Source of the DNA: Escherichia phage ECML-606-1
Length of the DNA stretch: 64,000 bases
Strand: one strand, 5' to 3'
Sequence record: OL631484.1
Below are positions 1-8,299 of this stretch, in pieces. The notes below the pieces were generated by a model. That model did not search any database and had not been told where the DNA came from. It was given only the letters and a program-made list of their open reading frames with translations. The stretch's first letter is position 1; each line of letters starts with the position of its first letter. Position numbers and translations under genes: made by a program.

Positions 1-244
1 TCACATCTGGTTTCACTTCCTGCTTAATCTCCGGCACTGGCACCTTCGGAGTGTTTTCTTCCGGCTTCTTAGGCGCTTCCTCAGCGATAAAACCGGGAAT
101 GGTAAGGTAGCGTGCCACCTGCTCCTCAGTGAGGTCAGGGGACAGGTAACGGTACTCGCCTTCTGGCGCTTCCAGCTGAGTGAACGTCATCCCGTCAAGT
201 TTGCAGTCAGGGCCCATCTGGTGAATGTTAATTACTTTTGGCAT
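1..244 (-). CDS. hypothetical protein, 3' end truncated by window edge (gene downstream of capsid gene)
   Basis: ATG at 244-242 preceded by GAGGA; translation MPKVINIHQMGPDCKLDGMTF... runs off coordinate 1 without a stop; not in supplied ORF track. Confidence 0.4.
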   Translation of the reverse strand, partial: MPKVINIHQMGPDCKLDGMTFTQLEAPEGEYRYLSPDLTEEQVARYLTIPGFIAEEAPKKPEENTPKVPVPEIKQEVKPDV

Positions 245-257
245 GGTTGGAATCCTC

Positions 258-290
258 AATTTTCAGAAACAAAAGGGCCCCGTAGGGCCC
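258..290 (-). terminator. rho-independent terminator after capsid gene (GGGCCC-CGTA-GGGCCC hairpin + U-run on minus strand)
   Basis: GC hairpin 275-290 followed on minus strand by TTTTGTTT. Confidence 0.55.
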
Positions 291-307
291 TTCAAATCGC
301 CTACTGG

Positions 308-1840
308 TTATTCGCCAGTATGCGGACGCCATTTTGCCTGAGTAGGCAGAATGTTTTTGATGTAGCCATGGTGTTTCGGCTTGGTAATACGCAGATAACC
401 AAACAGGAACTGGAACCATGACATTACAGGCATCCCGCCTACACCGAATGGCAGAGGGATCTTGGTCATCGGTTGGAACTGACGCCAGCCGATTGCATCC
501 GCGCCAGCGCCAAGGTTCAGCATTGGTACACAGATGGTGCCCGGCAGAGTGCGGTTGTCGTCGTGGAACTTGGTCTTACCACCAGCGGAGCTAGAGGTAT
601 CAATTTTCACGTAACCGACCAGACGCATATCGCGCAGGGTGTCCAGATCATCAGCAGCTTTCGCCACGTCCTGACGACCACGATAGATGGCGAAGCCGCC
701 GCAATCAGTGGATGCCGGGTTGGTGATGGACAGCACGATTTCTTCGCCAGAGGCAACAGTAACCTGATCCACGATCACCGCTTCGGACAGGCCAGCGCCG
801 GAGGTGCTGATACCTGCGATAGCGTAGACGTACTTACCAGCACGTTTGCCAGTGAAGCGAGCCGCGCCGTTGGTAGCCGCTGCGCCAGTTGTCGCGCCCG
901 GTTTCAGTGCGGAGTTTTTCGCCGCCAGATCCGGGTTGGTCAGCTGGAACACATGCACCATCGGGTTGGTCTCGTCATGGATAAAGGTATCCATGTGAGT
1001 TTTCAGGATGCCAGTAGTCAGGCGGATCCCGTTAACATGACCACCGATAGTTGGTGTGTTCTGGCCTTCTGGCATCCAGCGGAATGCTGGATCTAAGCCC
1101 ATGTTCAGATCGTTCTGAACAGAGTTAGGCAGGAAGATATCGGTTGACTGGCCCCAGTTGCCGTAGGAGTTAACTTCTACGTTAATCTGAGACATCGGCT
1201 CAACGCTGTTCAGCGCGGTACCGTTCAGGTCAACGATGTGCTCCGGTGCCATTTTCCCCGCAGCCACTTCTTTGTCGATCTGGGTAAAGATACCGTCAAA
1301 CTGCGTACTAACAACGTCAGCGTTACCATGATAAAGCAGGTAGTTGGCGTCGGTCAGCAGTTGCAGTGCGCCGTTACGTTCTTCGACCGCAATCGGCTCA
1401 GCGATGTTTTTACCGATGTTCAGGACATAGCCGACCTGACGCAGAGACATCAGGAATTTGACCAGACCTACTTCACGGCTGTATTCGCCCTGTGCGGCAC
1501 GTACAACGCCCATCTGGGTGTTGGTAGAACCACCAAGGAAACCACCGACAGATGACTGGCGGCTGTATTCGTCAACGATGTTGATCGCGTTGGACTGCTG
1601 CAACATGTTGAACAGCGTAAAGTGCTTGTTCTCCTGAATCGTGGTCTTCATCGCAGTATCAAGAGACTGCACGCCTAACGCGCCGCCGCCCTGCAATTTG
1701 CTCACGTCAGTCTGATAGTCCGAAGCCTGAAGCGCTTTGGTCAGCTCCTCAAACTGGGCCATATTACCGCCCAGAGAGCCGCCAAGAGCAGCTGCGCCGC
1801 CCGGCAATGCGTTCTGGAACAGTTGGGCGATGTTTTGCAT
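308..1840 (-). CDS. major capsid protein (putative)
   Basis: 510-aa ORF, ATG at 1840 with GGAGA SD; last gene of portal-MuF-scaffold-capsid order; shares motif with upstream head protein. Confidence 0.55.
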   Translation of the reverse strand: MQNIAQLFQNALPGGAAALGGSLGGNMAQFEELTKALQASDYQTDVSKLQGGGALGVQSLDTAMKTTIQENKHFTLFNMLQQSNAINIVDEYSRQSSVGGFLGGSTNTQMGVVRAAQGEYSREVGLVKFLMSLRQVGYVLNIGKNIAEPIAVEERNGALQLLTDANYLLYHGNADVVSTQFDGIFTQIDKEVAAGKMAPEHIVDLNGTALNSVEPMSQINVEVNSYGNWGQSTDIFLPNSVQNDLNMGLDPAFRWMPEGQNTPTIGGHVNGIRLTTGILKTHMDTFIHDETNPMVHVFQLTNPDLAAKNSALKPGATTGAAATNGAARFTGKRAGKYVYAIAGISTSGAGLSEAVIVDQVTVASGEEIVLSITNPASTDCGGFAIYRGRQDVAKAADDLDTLRDMRLVGYVKIDTSSSAGGKTKFHDDNRTLPGTICVPMLNLGAGADAIGWRQFQPMTKIPLPFGVGGMPVMSWFQFLFGYLRITKPKHHGYIKNILPTQAKWRPHTGE

Positions 1841-1901
1841 CGTTTACTCTCCTGAGTAGTTAAAGTATTCCCGACCGTAGAGCGGCGGGAGTCGGGAAAA
1901 A

Positions 1902-2591
1902 TTACAGGCCAGTGCCCAGCACTTTCGCCAGAATCGCCGGATCAGGCTGATAACCGTTGCGCAGTGCGCAGTCGATCATGTTCAGCTGCACGCCAGTGAT
2001 CTTGCCTTCGTTGTATGCAACGTTGGACTTAATCATCAGGTCAGCGCCAGTGATCTGGGTATCTTCCGGCTGCTCAGTCGTTGCCTGAGTACCTGCCATG
2101 GATTTTGCCATCACGACAACCTGAGATTTACGCCCGGCACCCTGAGCGCCTGCATTAATCTGGTTCTGCTGCAATGATTTGATCAGCTCGCCCTGAGCCG
2201 CGATGGTGTTGCCCATGCGCTCCATCATCTGCATCATCAGCGGGAAACCAGTATTCAGCGCTTCGTTGGTGCTGTTTACGGATTTTTGCAGGGTTTCCAG
2301 CACTTCGGTGGCGTCGATCATCTGCTCACCATTTGCGCCTTCTACCGCAGGCAGAGATTTAGTCAGCTCGGTGTTTTCGCCCTGACCTTTGGTCTCGCCG
2401 TTCTCGTCTTTGTTTTCTTCGGTGTTTTCACCGGAACCAGCGCCAGCGCCTTCGCCGTTGTTGGCAGGGGATTCACCCGCAGCCGCCTGGATATTTTTGT
2501 CATCCTGAGCGGCTGGAATTGATTTCGCTAAAGTCTCTTTCTGCGAAGCATCGAGAGTCTGGAGCGTTTCCAGCAGATTTTTAAAGGACAT
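1902..2591 (-). CDS. scaffolding protein (putative)
   Basis: 229 aa, acidic low-complexity Glu/Gly/Asn-rich centre, located directly upstream of capsid gene. Confidence 0.45.
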   Translation of the reverse strand: MSFKNLLETLQTLDASQKETLAKSIPAAQDDKNIQAAAGESPANNGEGAGAGSGENTEENKDENGETKGQGENTELTKSLPAVEGANGEQMIDATEVLETLQKSVNSTNEALNTGFPLMMQMMERMGNTIAAQGELIKSLQQNQINAGAQGAGRKSQVVVMAKSMAGTQATTEQPEDTQITGADLMIKSNVAYNEGKITGVQLNMIDCALRNGYQPDPAILAKVLGTGL

Positions 2592-2594
2592 AAT

Positions 2595-3479
2595 TTAGCC
2601 TCTTTGTTGTAAGGAAATATCGCTCAGAAAGCGATGCACCCAAGCAGCCGCCTCGGATGGCGACATACTAAAGTTTGCGGCGCAGTATTGCGCCAGACCT
2701 TCTTCTGAGGTCAGGTAATCGGCGGTGATAGCACCGGAGATTAACGCGACGCTCAGCTGGTCACGGAACTCGTAATAGCTGATCGGCTGGTTGCCGCCCG
2801 TATCAAGCGACTGCACACCAAAGGCACCGCCACCAGTCAGCTGGCTCATATCGCTGCAATAAGACGCCTCCAGCGCCTTGCTCAGCACGATCCCGCCCAT
2901 GGATTTGGTCAGGGTGCCGATAGGAGACAGGGAGGCTGTGCGCAGATGTTGGTTAACTGGCGTCTGGGACAGGGCGATATTCGTCCAGCGGACTTTATCG
3001 ACCATTGTGACTTTTTGCTGGGTTTCCGGGTCTACCTGCACGCTTTTAGCGAGCACGGCACCACCGACAGAAGGGTACCAGCGCTGAGGCGGATTAAGCT
3101 GCGTCATTGATTCCCAGACCATGTTTGCATTCTCAGCCATCGGGCCAGTGCCCTCATACAGCTGCGCTTTTACAAACGTGGTGTTGCCATCGATCTTGAC
3201 ATCGACCGGGCGACCAATTTCGTAGCTTTTGGCTTCTTTGAGCGACATCCCCAGCTTTTGCCCGATAACGGTAAAGTGGTCAATGTCGATGTTACCGAAC
3301 TTTAAAAACAGGTCGGTACTCTCAGCGAGGGCCTTAGCCATGATCTTCTCATTCGTCTGGTCGAGCCCTTCATTGGACGCCTCCAGAAAGATAAAACGCT
3401 TCCCGCCCTCGGCTTTCGCGTGGGCTTTGAGCATCATATCCATACGGATAAGGTTGTCGGTATTCTCGGTGTCGATCAT
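2595..3479 (-). CDS. head-associated protein of unknown function
   Basis: 294 aa; C-terminal segment DMSQLTGGGAFGVQSLDTG echoes capsid residues 47-62; ATG at 3479. Confidence 0.4.
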   Translation of the reverse strand: MIDTENTDNLIRMDMMLKAHAKAEGGKRFIFLEASNEGLDQTNEKIMAKALAESTDLFLKFGNIDIDHFTVIGQKLGMSLKEAKSYEIGRPVDVKIDGNTTFVKAQLYEGTGPMAENANMVWESMTQLNPPQRWYPSVGGAVLAKSVQVDPETQQKVTMVDKVRWTNIALSQTPVNQHLRTASLSPIGTLTKSMGGIVLSKALEASYCSDMSQLTGGGAFGVQSLDTGGNQPISYYEFRDQLSVALISGAITADYLTSEEGLAQYCAANFSMSPSEAAAWVHRFLSDISLQQRG

Positions 3480-3532
3480 GGGGTTTGCCCTTTCAAAACA
3501 TGCTTAAATTCTGCCGTCACGACGCAAATACG

Positions 3533-4636
3533 TCATGCAAGGATTTTTTCGAGCAGCGCCGCAAAATCAGGATCGTCACCCGGTTGCGCTTTCGTGGTGG
3601 CCACCCAGCGCCCCCGGCAGTGTGGATGCGCCAGCCCGGCAGGAAGTTGCCAGAGCTCGTCCTCAGTCCGCTTCACCAGCTTCCCGGCGACGCGCTTATA
3701 TGGCGACGCTGAGCGCCCGATATTGTTTTTACCGGGCCAGATCATCGTCGCGGGATCTTTGTTGGGGTAATCAGCCGGAACCACCGTGGCGATCTTCCCG
3801 TGAATCTTTTTACAGAATGGGCAGGCGGTGCCGTACATTTCGACACGCTCCACTTTTGACATCGGCTCGCACGCGGCGATAAAGCCCTGTAGCTGGCACT
3901 CTCCAGCCTCTGTGACGGCGATTCGACGCCAGTCCCTGTTCAGCTGCGCGAAGTTGTCAAAAAGCTCCTGCTGGAGCGCCTGCTGCGTTCCCGGCTCCCC
4001 CAGCTGTTTGCGCTCCTCGCTGCGCATGATCACGCCCCGCATCATCTTCCGGGTGTTGTCCGCCAGATTGACCACGTTCTCAGCCGCGCGAGCGCTGGCA
4101 AAGTCCAGCGTGGTCTTTTCGATTTTGGTCAGCGGTACGCCCCCGGACTCCTCTTTGGTGTTGGGCAGAGCCATCAGCAGCTTGGCGGCGTCGTTAGCCG
4201 TCAGCTCTTTTTCCCAGTTAGCCTGGACTTTTCCCAGCAGCGTGGCTTTGGTCGCCAGCCAGTCGGCTTCTGCGATCAGGACATCCTTCGGCATGTAGGT
4301 TTGCACCGTCAGCTCGACGGCGAGAAAATGATCGTCCAGTGTCCACTGGTCGAACGGCAGCACGCGCAGGTACAGATCCACCAGCTCGCGCTCCTCCTCA
4401 GTCCAGACCTGCATCATGCCCACCTGCGGCTTTGGCTGCGGTTTTCCTGCCTTCTGGTTCTTCCCCAGCTCCCACGCCTCAATCGCCTTTCTGACGTTGC
4501 CCAGATGCAGCAGGCCGCGCTGGGTGAACAGCTCCACCAGCTTGCGGATAAGCGGGCTTTCGTGCGGACGCCAGATATCGCCATCTTCGCCACCGCGAAT
4601 GGCTTTGTGCATGGTCTCCAGCACTTCATTTGTCAC
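3533..4636 (-). CDS. head morphogenesis protein, Mu gpF / SPP1 gp7 family (putative)
   Basis: 367 aa with C-terminal AHPHCRGRW resembling the HPNCRC motif of MuF-family proteins; follows portal gene; GTG at 4636, alternative ATG at 4612. Confidence 0.6.
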   Translation of the reverse strand: MTNEVLETMHKAIRGGEDGDIWRPHESPLIRKLVELFTQRGLLHLGNVRKAIEAWELGKNQKAGKPQPKPQVGMMQVWTEEERELVDLYLRVLPFDQWTLDDHFLAVELTVQTYMPKDVLIAEADWLATKATLLGKVQANWEKELTANDAAKLLMALPNTKEESGGVPLTKIEKTTLDFASARAAENVVNLADNTRKMMRGVIMRSEERKQLGEPGTQQALQQELFDNFAQLNRDWRRIAVTEAGECQLQGFIAACEPMSKVERVEMYGTACPFCKKIHGKIATVVPADYPNKDPATMIWPGKNNIGRSASPYKRVAGKLVKRTEDELWQLPAGLAHPHCRGRWVATTKAQPGDDPDFAALLEKILA

Positions 4637-4898
4637 GTATGGCGTGAGCGATGTCAGATCGAGCGTAATGATGGCGTAGTCTCCTTAAATTAGGTGCCCC
4701 CCTTCTGGGAGGGGCGTGCAACCATTCGGCTACCCTTGCGGGCTGGTTGCTGCGTTCGCTGGCACAGTCACGCAGAGGCCCATCAGCCTCACCCTCAGTC
4801 AGCGTGAGGGAGGATTCCCCGGAGGCTCAACCTCCTCCAAGCCCCGGCGACTAGCGGGGAATGCACAGGTTTGCTTTCGCAATCGGAGCACCAAAAAC

Positions 4899-6653
4899 TT
4901 ACAGGTCGGGCAGACCAAACGATTTGTAGAGCCCTTCCTCGTCGAGGTTCTGCAATGTGTTATGCAGCTCATCGAATTTTTTCTTATTGTCGGCTTGCAG
5001 CTGCTCCTGCTCGGCCTGCTGCTGTGCAGCTGCGTCGGCGTCGTCAGGGTTGGCAGGATCAGCGCCCAGCTCCTCGCCCGGCTGCTGTAGCTCGGCCTGC
5101 TGCGCCATCTGCTCGGCCTGAATATCAGCGTTGACCTTAGCCATATAAGGCTGCATCGAAACGCTGTTAAGCGGGGAGTTGGCCCAGTCTTCTTTGATTT
5201 CTTCCCAGTTGCGAGCGCGGCGTGCTTCGTTGACGGTAAGGAGCGTTTTCTCCTCGTCCCACGCCTGCTTCGGATCCTTCTCATCCAGACCTGTCCAGCG
5301 GAACACGTACTTATCTGAGAAGTCGGAAATGATGTAATCGGTGAATAAGTCCTCAAAGTGCGACAGCAGCGGTCGCAGGCCCTTATCCTTCGAGTTGATC
5401 AGCTTCTCCTCCGTGTCACTGCCGGACAGCGAACTGGTACCAGCAGTGAAGGATTCGAAGTTGATCTCGTCCGGGGCGATGCCATAAATAGCGCAGATGA
5501 TCGCGGTTAAGAACGTCATCCATTTGGCAAACATGATCTCGTTAACGTCTACGCCAAAGTTTTCAAATTTCGCCGTGGATTCCGAAGTTTTGGAAACCAT
5601 GACGGGCAATGTCCATGCGTTATTGATGCCCTTCACCATGCTATTCCAGTACCGCTTAAAGGAGTTGAGATCCTCGGTAGAATAGTCGCCGGAGAGATGG
5701 AGCAGACCTTTCGGGATGGCGTTCGAGTCGAAATACTTCTGGTTGTACGTCATGGCGTTCAGGAAGCCCGTGACGGTGTTTACCAGCAGCTCAGTTTCGC
5801 TCATCCCGTAACCTCCGTTCAGCACATCGGTGCGGGTGTTGCGCGGAACATAGATCAGGTCGTTGTAGGTGTAAGCGGTGCGGATGTTCCCCTGCACCAC
5901 CTGTAAAGCAAAAATCTCATCATCGCCCTTGTAGCCGTCCTCAGTACAGAGGCGGATCGTGGCACCATCGACGGCATAAAGCCCGTCCATGCCTAGCGAG
6001 CGGTTTTTCTTGAATTCGGTCTCAATCGGCGCGGAGTCCATCACCAGCGAGTCGCGCACCAGCTTGCTCATGAAGCCTGAGAAGTTATCGCGCTTGAGGC
6101 GAGCACGCACGCGGGGGTTACTCTCCCAGCCGCAGTTTTGCATGAACATTTGCAGCGCGTTGATGGAGTCCTGCTCAGGCTTCGCCAGCCGCTGTGAGCC
6201 ATTCTGCTCTTTCAAGCGAATCTGGAAGCCGGGGCCCACGCCTTTCTCACTGGCGCGGCAGAAGCGTTTGATCTGGCGGATGCGGGTCATCACCACCGCC
6301 GACAGGATTGGCGTCTTGTCCACCATGTAGCGCATGGCATCAAAGCCAAAGTTTGTCGGACGCTCATACCAGTCTCCCAGAATCTGCACCTGACGGTCAT
6401 CCAGCCAGACAGACTGCATACCTTCTTTCTTGCCCTCGCGGACAGCCTGAGAAGGGTAATCGACCAGTGTATTTTTCTGGAGGGACTTGTAAAATTCCTG
6501 ATCAGCATATGACTGGGCAATATGCTGAATCAGCGGAGCCAGATCCGGCACGCTGGAAGGCATTGCAGCTTTCTGCGCTTGCGCCATCGCATCCTGCTGT
6601 TCGTCGGCAGGCGCGGCAGGGTTGTGCGCGGTTTGGATGGCGTTGTCAGACAT
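4899..6653 (-). CDS. portal protein (putative)
   Basis: about 585 aa between terminase and MuF-like gene; ATG at 6653 has AAAGG SD; longest ORF extends to TTG at 6710. Confidence 0.5.
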   Translation of the reverse strand: MSDNAIQTAHNPAAPADEQQDAMAQAQKAAMPSSVPDLAPLIQHIAQSYADQEFYKSLQKNTLVDYPSQAVREGKKEGMQSVWLDDRQVQILGDWYERPTNFGFDAMRYMVDKTPILSAVVMTRIRQIKRFCRASEKGVGPGFQIRLKEQNGSQRLAKPEQDSINALQMFMQNCGWESNPRVRARLKRDNFSGFMSKLVRDSLVMDSAPIETEFKKNRSLGMDGLYAVDGATIRLCTEDGYKGDDEIFALQVVQGNIRTAYTYNDLIYVPRNTRTDVLNGGYGMSETELLVNTVTGFLNAMTYNQKYFDSNAIPKGLLHLSGDYSTEDLNSFKRYWNSMVKGINNAWTLPVMVSKTSESTAKFENFGVDVNEIMFAKWMTFLTAIICAIYGIAPDEINFESFTAGTSSLSGSDTEEKLINSKDKGLRPLLSHFEDLFTDYIISDFSDKYVFRWTGLDEKDPKQAWDEEKTLLTVNEARRARNWEEIKEDWANSPLNSVSMQPYMAKVNADIQAEQMAQQAELQQPGEELGADPANPDDADAAAQQQAEQEQLQADNKKKFDELHNTLQNLDEEGLYKSFGLPDL

Positions 6654-6728
6654 ACGGTTAACCTTTGCAAAGTAGTTCGCAGAGAGTGACATCACGACAT
6701 CACGACGCAAAATAATTTAAATACCCTC

Positions 6729-6757
6729 TTGCTATCATCTTTTTTGCGTGCTTTAAT
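6729..6757 (+). promoter_or_regulatory. sigma70-like promoter TTGCTA-N17-TTTAAT driving the plus-strand tRNA island
   Basis: hexamers at 6729-6734 and 6752-6757 with 17-nt spacer. Confidence 0.4.
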
Positions 6758-7098
6758 CCATCCCGTAGCGCTGATTGGGATGTCTTTCGAAATTGCGTTT
6801 TCATTTTCTGTCAATGTCAGTTATGGGACGGAAGACATCAACCAATGAGCGCTTGGCTTTGACTACTCAATACGGATTTGTCGTTATTTCGCGTATACGG
6901 TTGTCAAGTGCTCAGCCATGTTCTAACCCGCGCAGTATTGCTAAAGCCCAAGTGGGGCCGTCTTCAATACTCGCGGCAGTGAACGGCGAATGGCAAGCTA
7001 CTGGCCTGACTTTCCTTCTTTCAAAGCAAAGATTGAAGTGGGCGGCGTCGGCTCATTGAAACAACGGCGCAATCGGGTGAAAATCCCGTTCAAATTCT

Positions 7099-7228
7099 AC
7101 CGATTAGTGACGATGAAAGGGGCCTTCGCGATCCCCAAGTAATTGGCAGGTTGCCTTAGGTCACAAGCCGCAGCGGAGATTGCAAGCGAAGCTGTAGGAT
7201 AGAGGTTCGACTCCTCTGATCGGTGCCA
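7099..7228 (+). ncRNA. atypically long tRNA-like element (about 130 nt)
   Basis: 7-bp acceptor pairing ACCGATT/GATCGGT, T-arm AGAGG-TTCGACT-CCTCT, discriminator and CCA at 7226-7228; about 55 nt too long for a tRNA. Confidence 0.3.
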
Positions 7229-7370
7229 TTTTTGCGGTTACACAAGTGTGCAGATAGCATGACGAGGAAAGGCGTTCCGTGCGACGCTGGAGGCGATGGT
7301 AGGGTAAGCACCCTCTCCTATGACTCACGACTCAACCTCTCCGGGTAACGACCGGAGCCGCAAAACAGAT

Positions 7371-7494
7371 TGAAGCGTAGCTCATTGGCAGAGCAGCACA
7401 CGGATGCGGATCCGCGCCAGCACAAGGCTCCTTCGGGGTGTGCCGCTGGCTCCAGAAGTGTATGTAACTGGTTCGATCCCAGTCGCTTCAACCA
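7371..7494 (+). ncRNA. atypically long tRNA-like element (about 124 nt)
   Basis: perfect acceptor stem TGAAGCG/CGCTTCA, canonical D-arm (GCTC-ATTGGCA-GAGC), T-arm ACTGG-TTCGATC-CCAGT and CCA; candidate anticodon stem halves GCACA/TGTGC separated by 38 nt. Confidence 0.35.
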
Positions 7495-7498
7495 TTTT

Positions 7499-7574
7499 GA
7501 TTCTGTAGCTACAGCGGTAGAGCGGCGCACTGTTAATGCGCGGGTCGCTGGTTCGAATCCAGCCAGAATCGCCA
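7499..7574 (+). tRNA. tRNA-Asn (anticodon GTT)
   Basis: hand-folded 76-nt cloverleaf: acceptor GATTCTG/CAGAATC, anticodon stem GCGCA/TGCGC with loop CTGTTAA, T-loop TTCGAAT, encoded CCA. Confidence 0.9.
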
Positions 7575-7740
7575 GAGTAATCATGGGTTGGTTACAAGCC
7601 TGTCAGAAGGCAATCCCGCCCCGGCTTCTCCTCAGGTCGCCGGGGCACCTTCCCAGAATTAAGGGCAGTCCCTTACTTCTGCGTCGGTAAGAGCGGAGAA
7701 TCAGGAAATTTCGACCGTAGTACCAAAACATTGCTTCCTT

Positions 7741-7766
7741 GCCGCCCCCGTGGGCGGCTTTTTTTT
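7741..7766 (+). terminator. rho-independent terminator after tRNA island
   Basis: GCCGCCCCCGTGGGCGGC hairpin followed by T8. Confidence 0.7.
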
Positions 7767-7783
7767 AGCCTGAGGAGTAACCC

Positions 7784-8299
7784 ATGAATATCTTTCGCCG
7801 CATCCTGAATAAAATCTTTGGCATCCCACCAGTGCCACCAGAGCCGAAGATCGAGCCGCCAAAGTTCGGCGGTGATTTCCCGCGCCCGGTCTCCGTCACC
7901 ATGAAGGCTACCCAGACCGTCAAGCAGGATCCGATGGCTGCGGCGGTCGCCCGTGCAAAAAGGGACGCGGAGAAAACTGCCGTAAAAGGCAACGTCAGCA
8001 GCGCGAGCAGCAGCTCAACACAGCGCCCATTTATATCCCTGTTAGATCCGACTCATCCGCTCTATCCTTTTAATGGCGTGCGGGATGATGATGCAGCCAC
8101 TCAGCACCGCGTACAGCATCAGGACGCGACGACGATCAGCGATACCACGCACCGACACGTCGCCAGCCATTCTGAGCCAGTGCGTAGCCATAGCTCGCAC
8201 AGCAGCAGCCATTCAAGCCCAAGCTATGACCATAGCCCCAGCCATGACAGCAGCCCATCCTATGACAGCTCACCGTCACACCACGACAGCAGCTGGTAA
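7784..8299 (+). CDS. hypothetical protein with Ser/His-rich repetitive C-terminus
   Basis: 171 aa, GAGGAG SD, C-terminal SPSYD/SPSHD repeats; only plus-strand gene inside the structural module. Confidence 0.5.
   Translation: MNIFRRILNKIFGIPPVPPEPKIEPPKFGGDFPRPVSVTMKATQTVKQDPMAAAVARAKRDAEKTAVKGNVSSASSSSTQRPFISLLDPTHPLYPFNGVRDDDAATQHRVQHQDATTISDTTHRHVASHSEPVRSHSSHSSSHSSPSYDHSPSHDSSPSYDSSPSHHDSSW

Noticed and set aside
6775-7059. 94-aa plus-strand ORF in the tRNA-island leader as a protein-coding gene
   Set aside because: Begins with TTG, has no SD, and its sequence looks like random translation; region more plausibly noncoding RNA
7371-7494. Group I intron within a tRNA gene
   Set aside because: The extra sequence is only about 30-50 nt, far shorter than self-splicing group I introns; no P-element pairings recognisable
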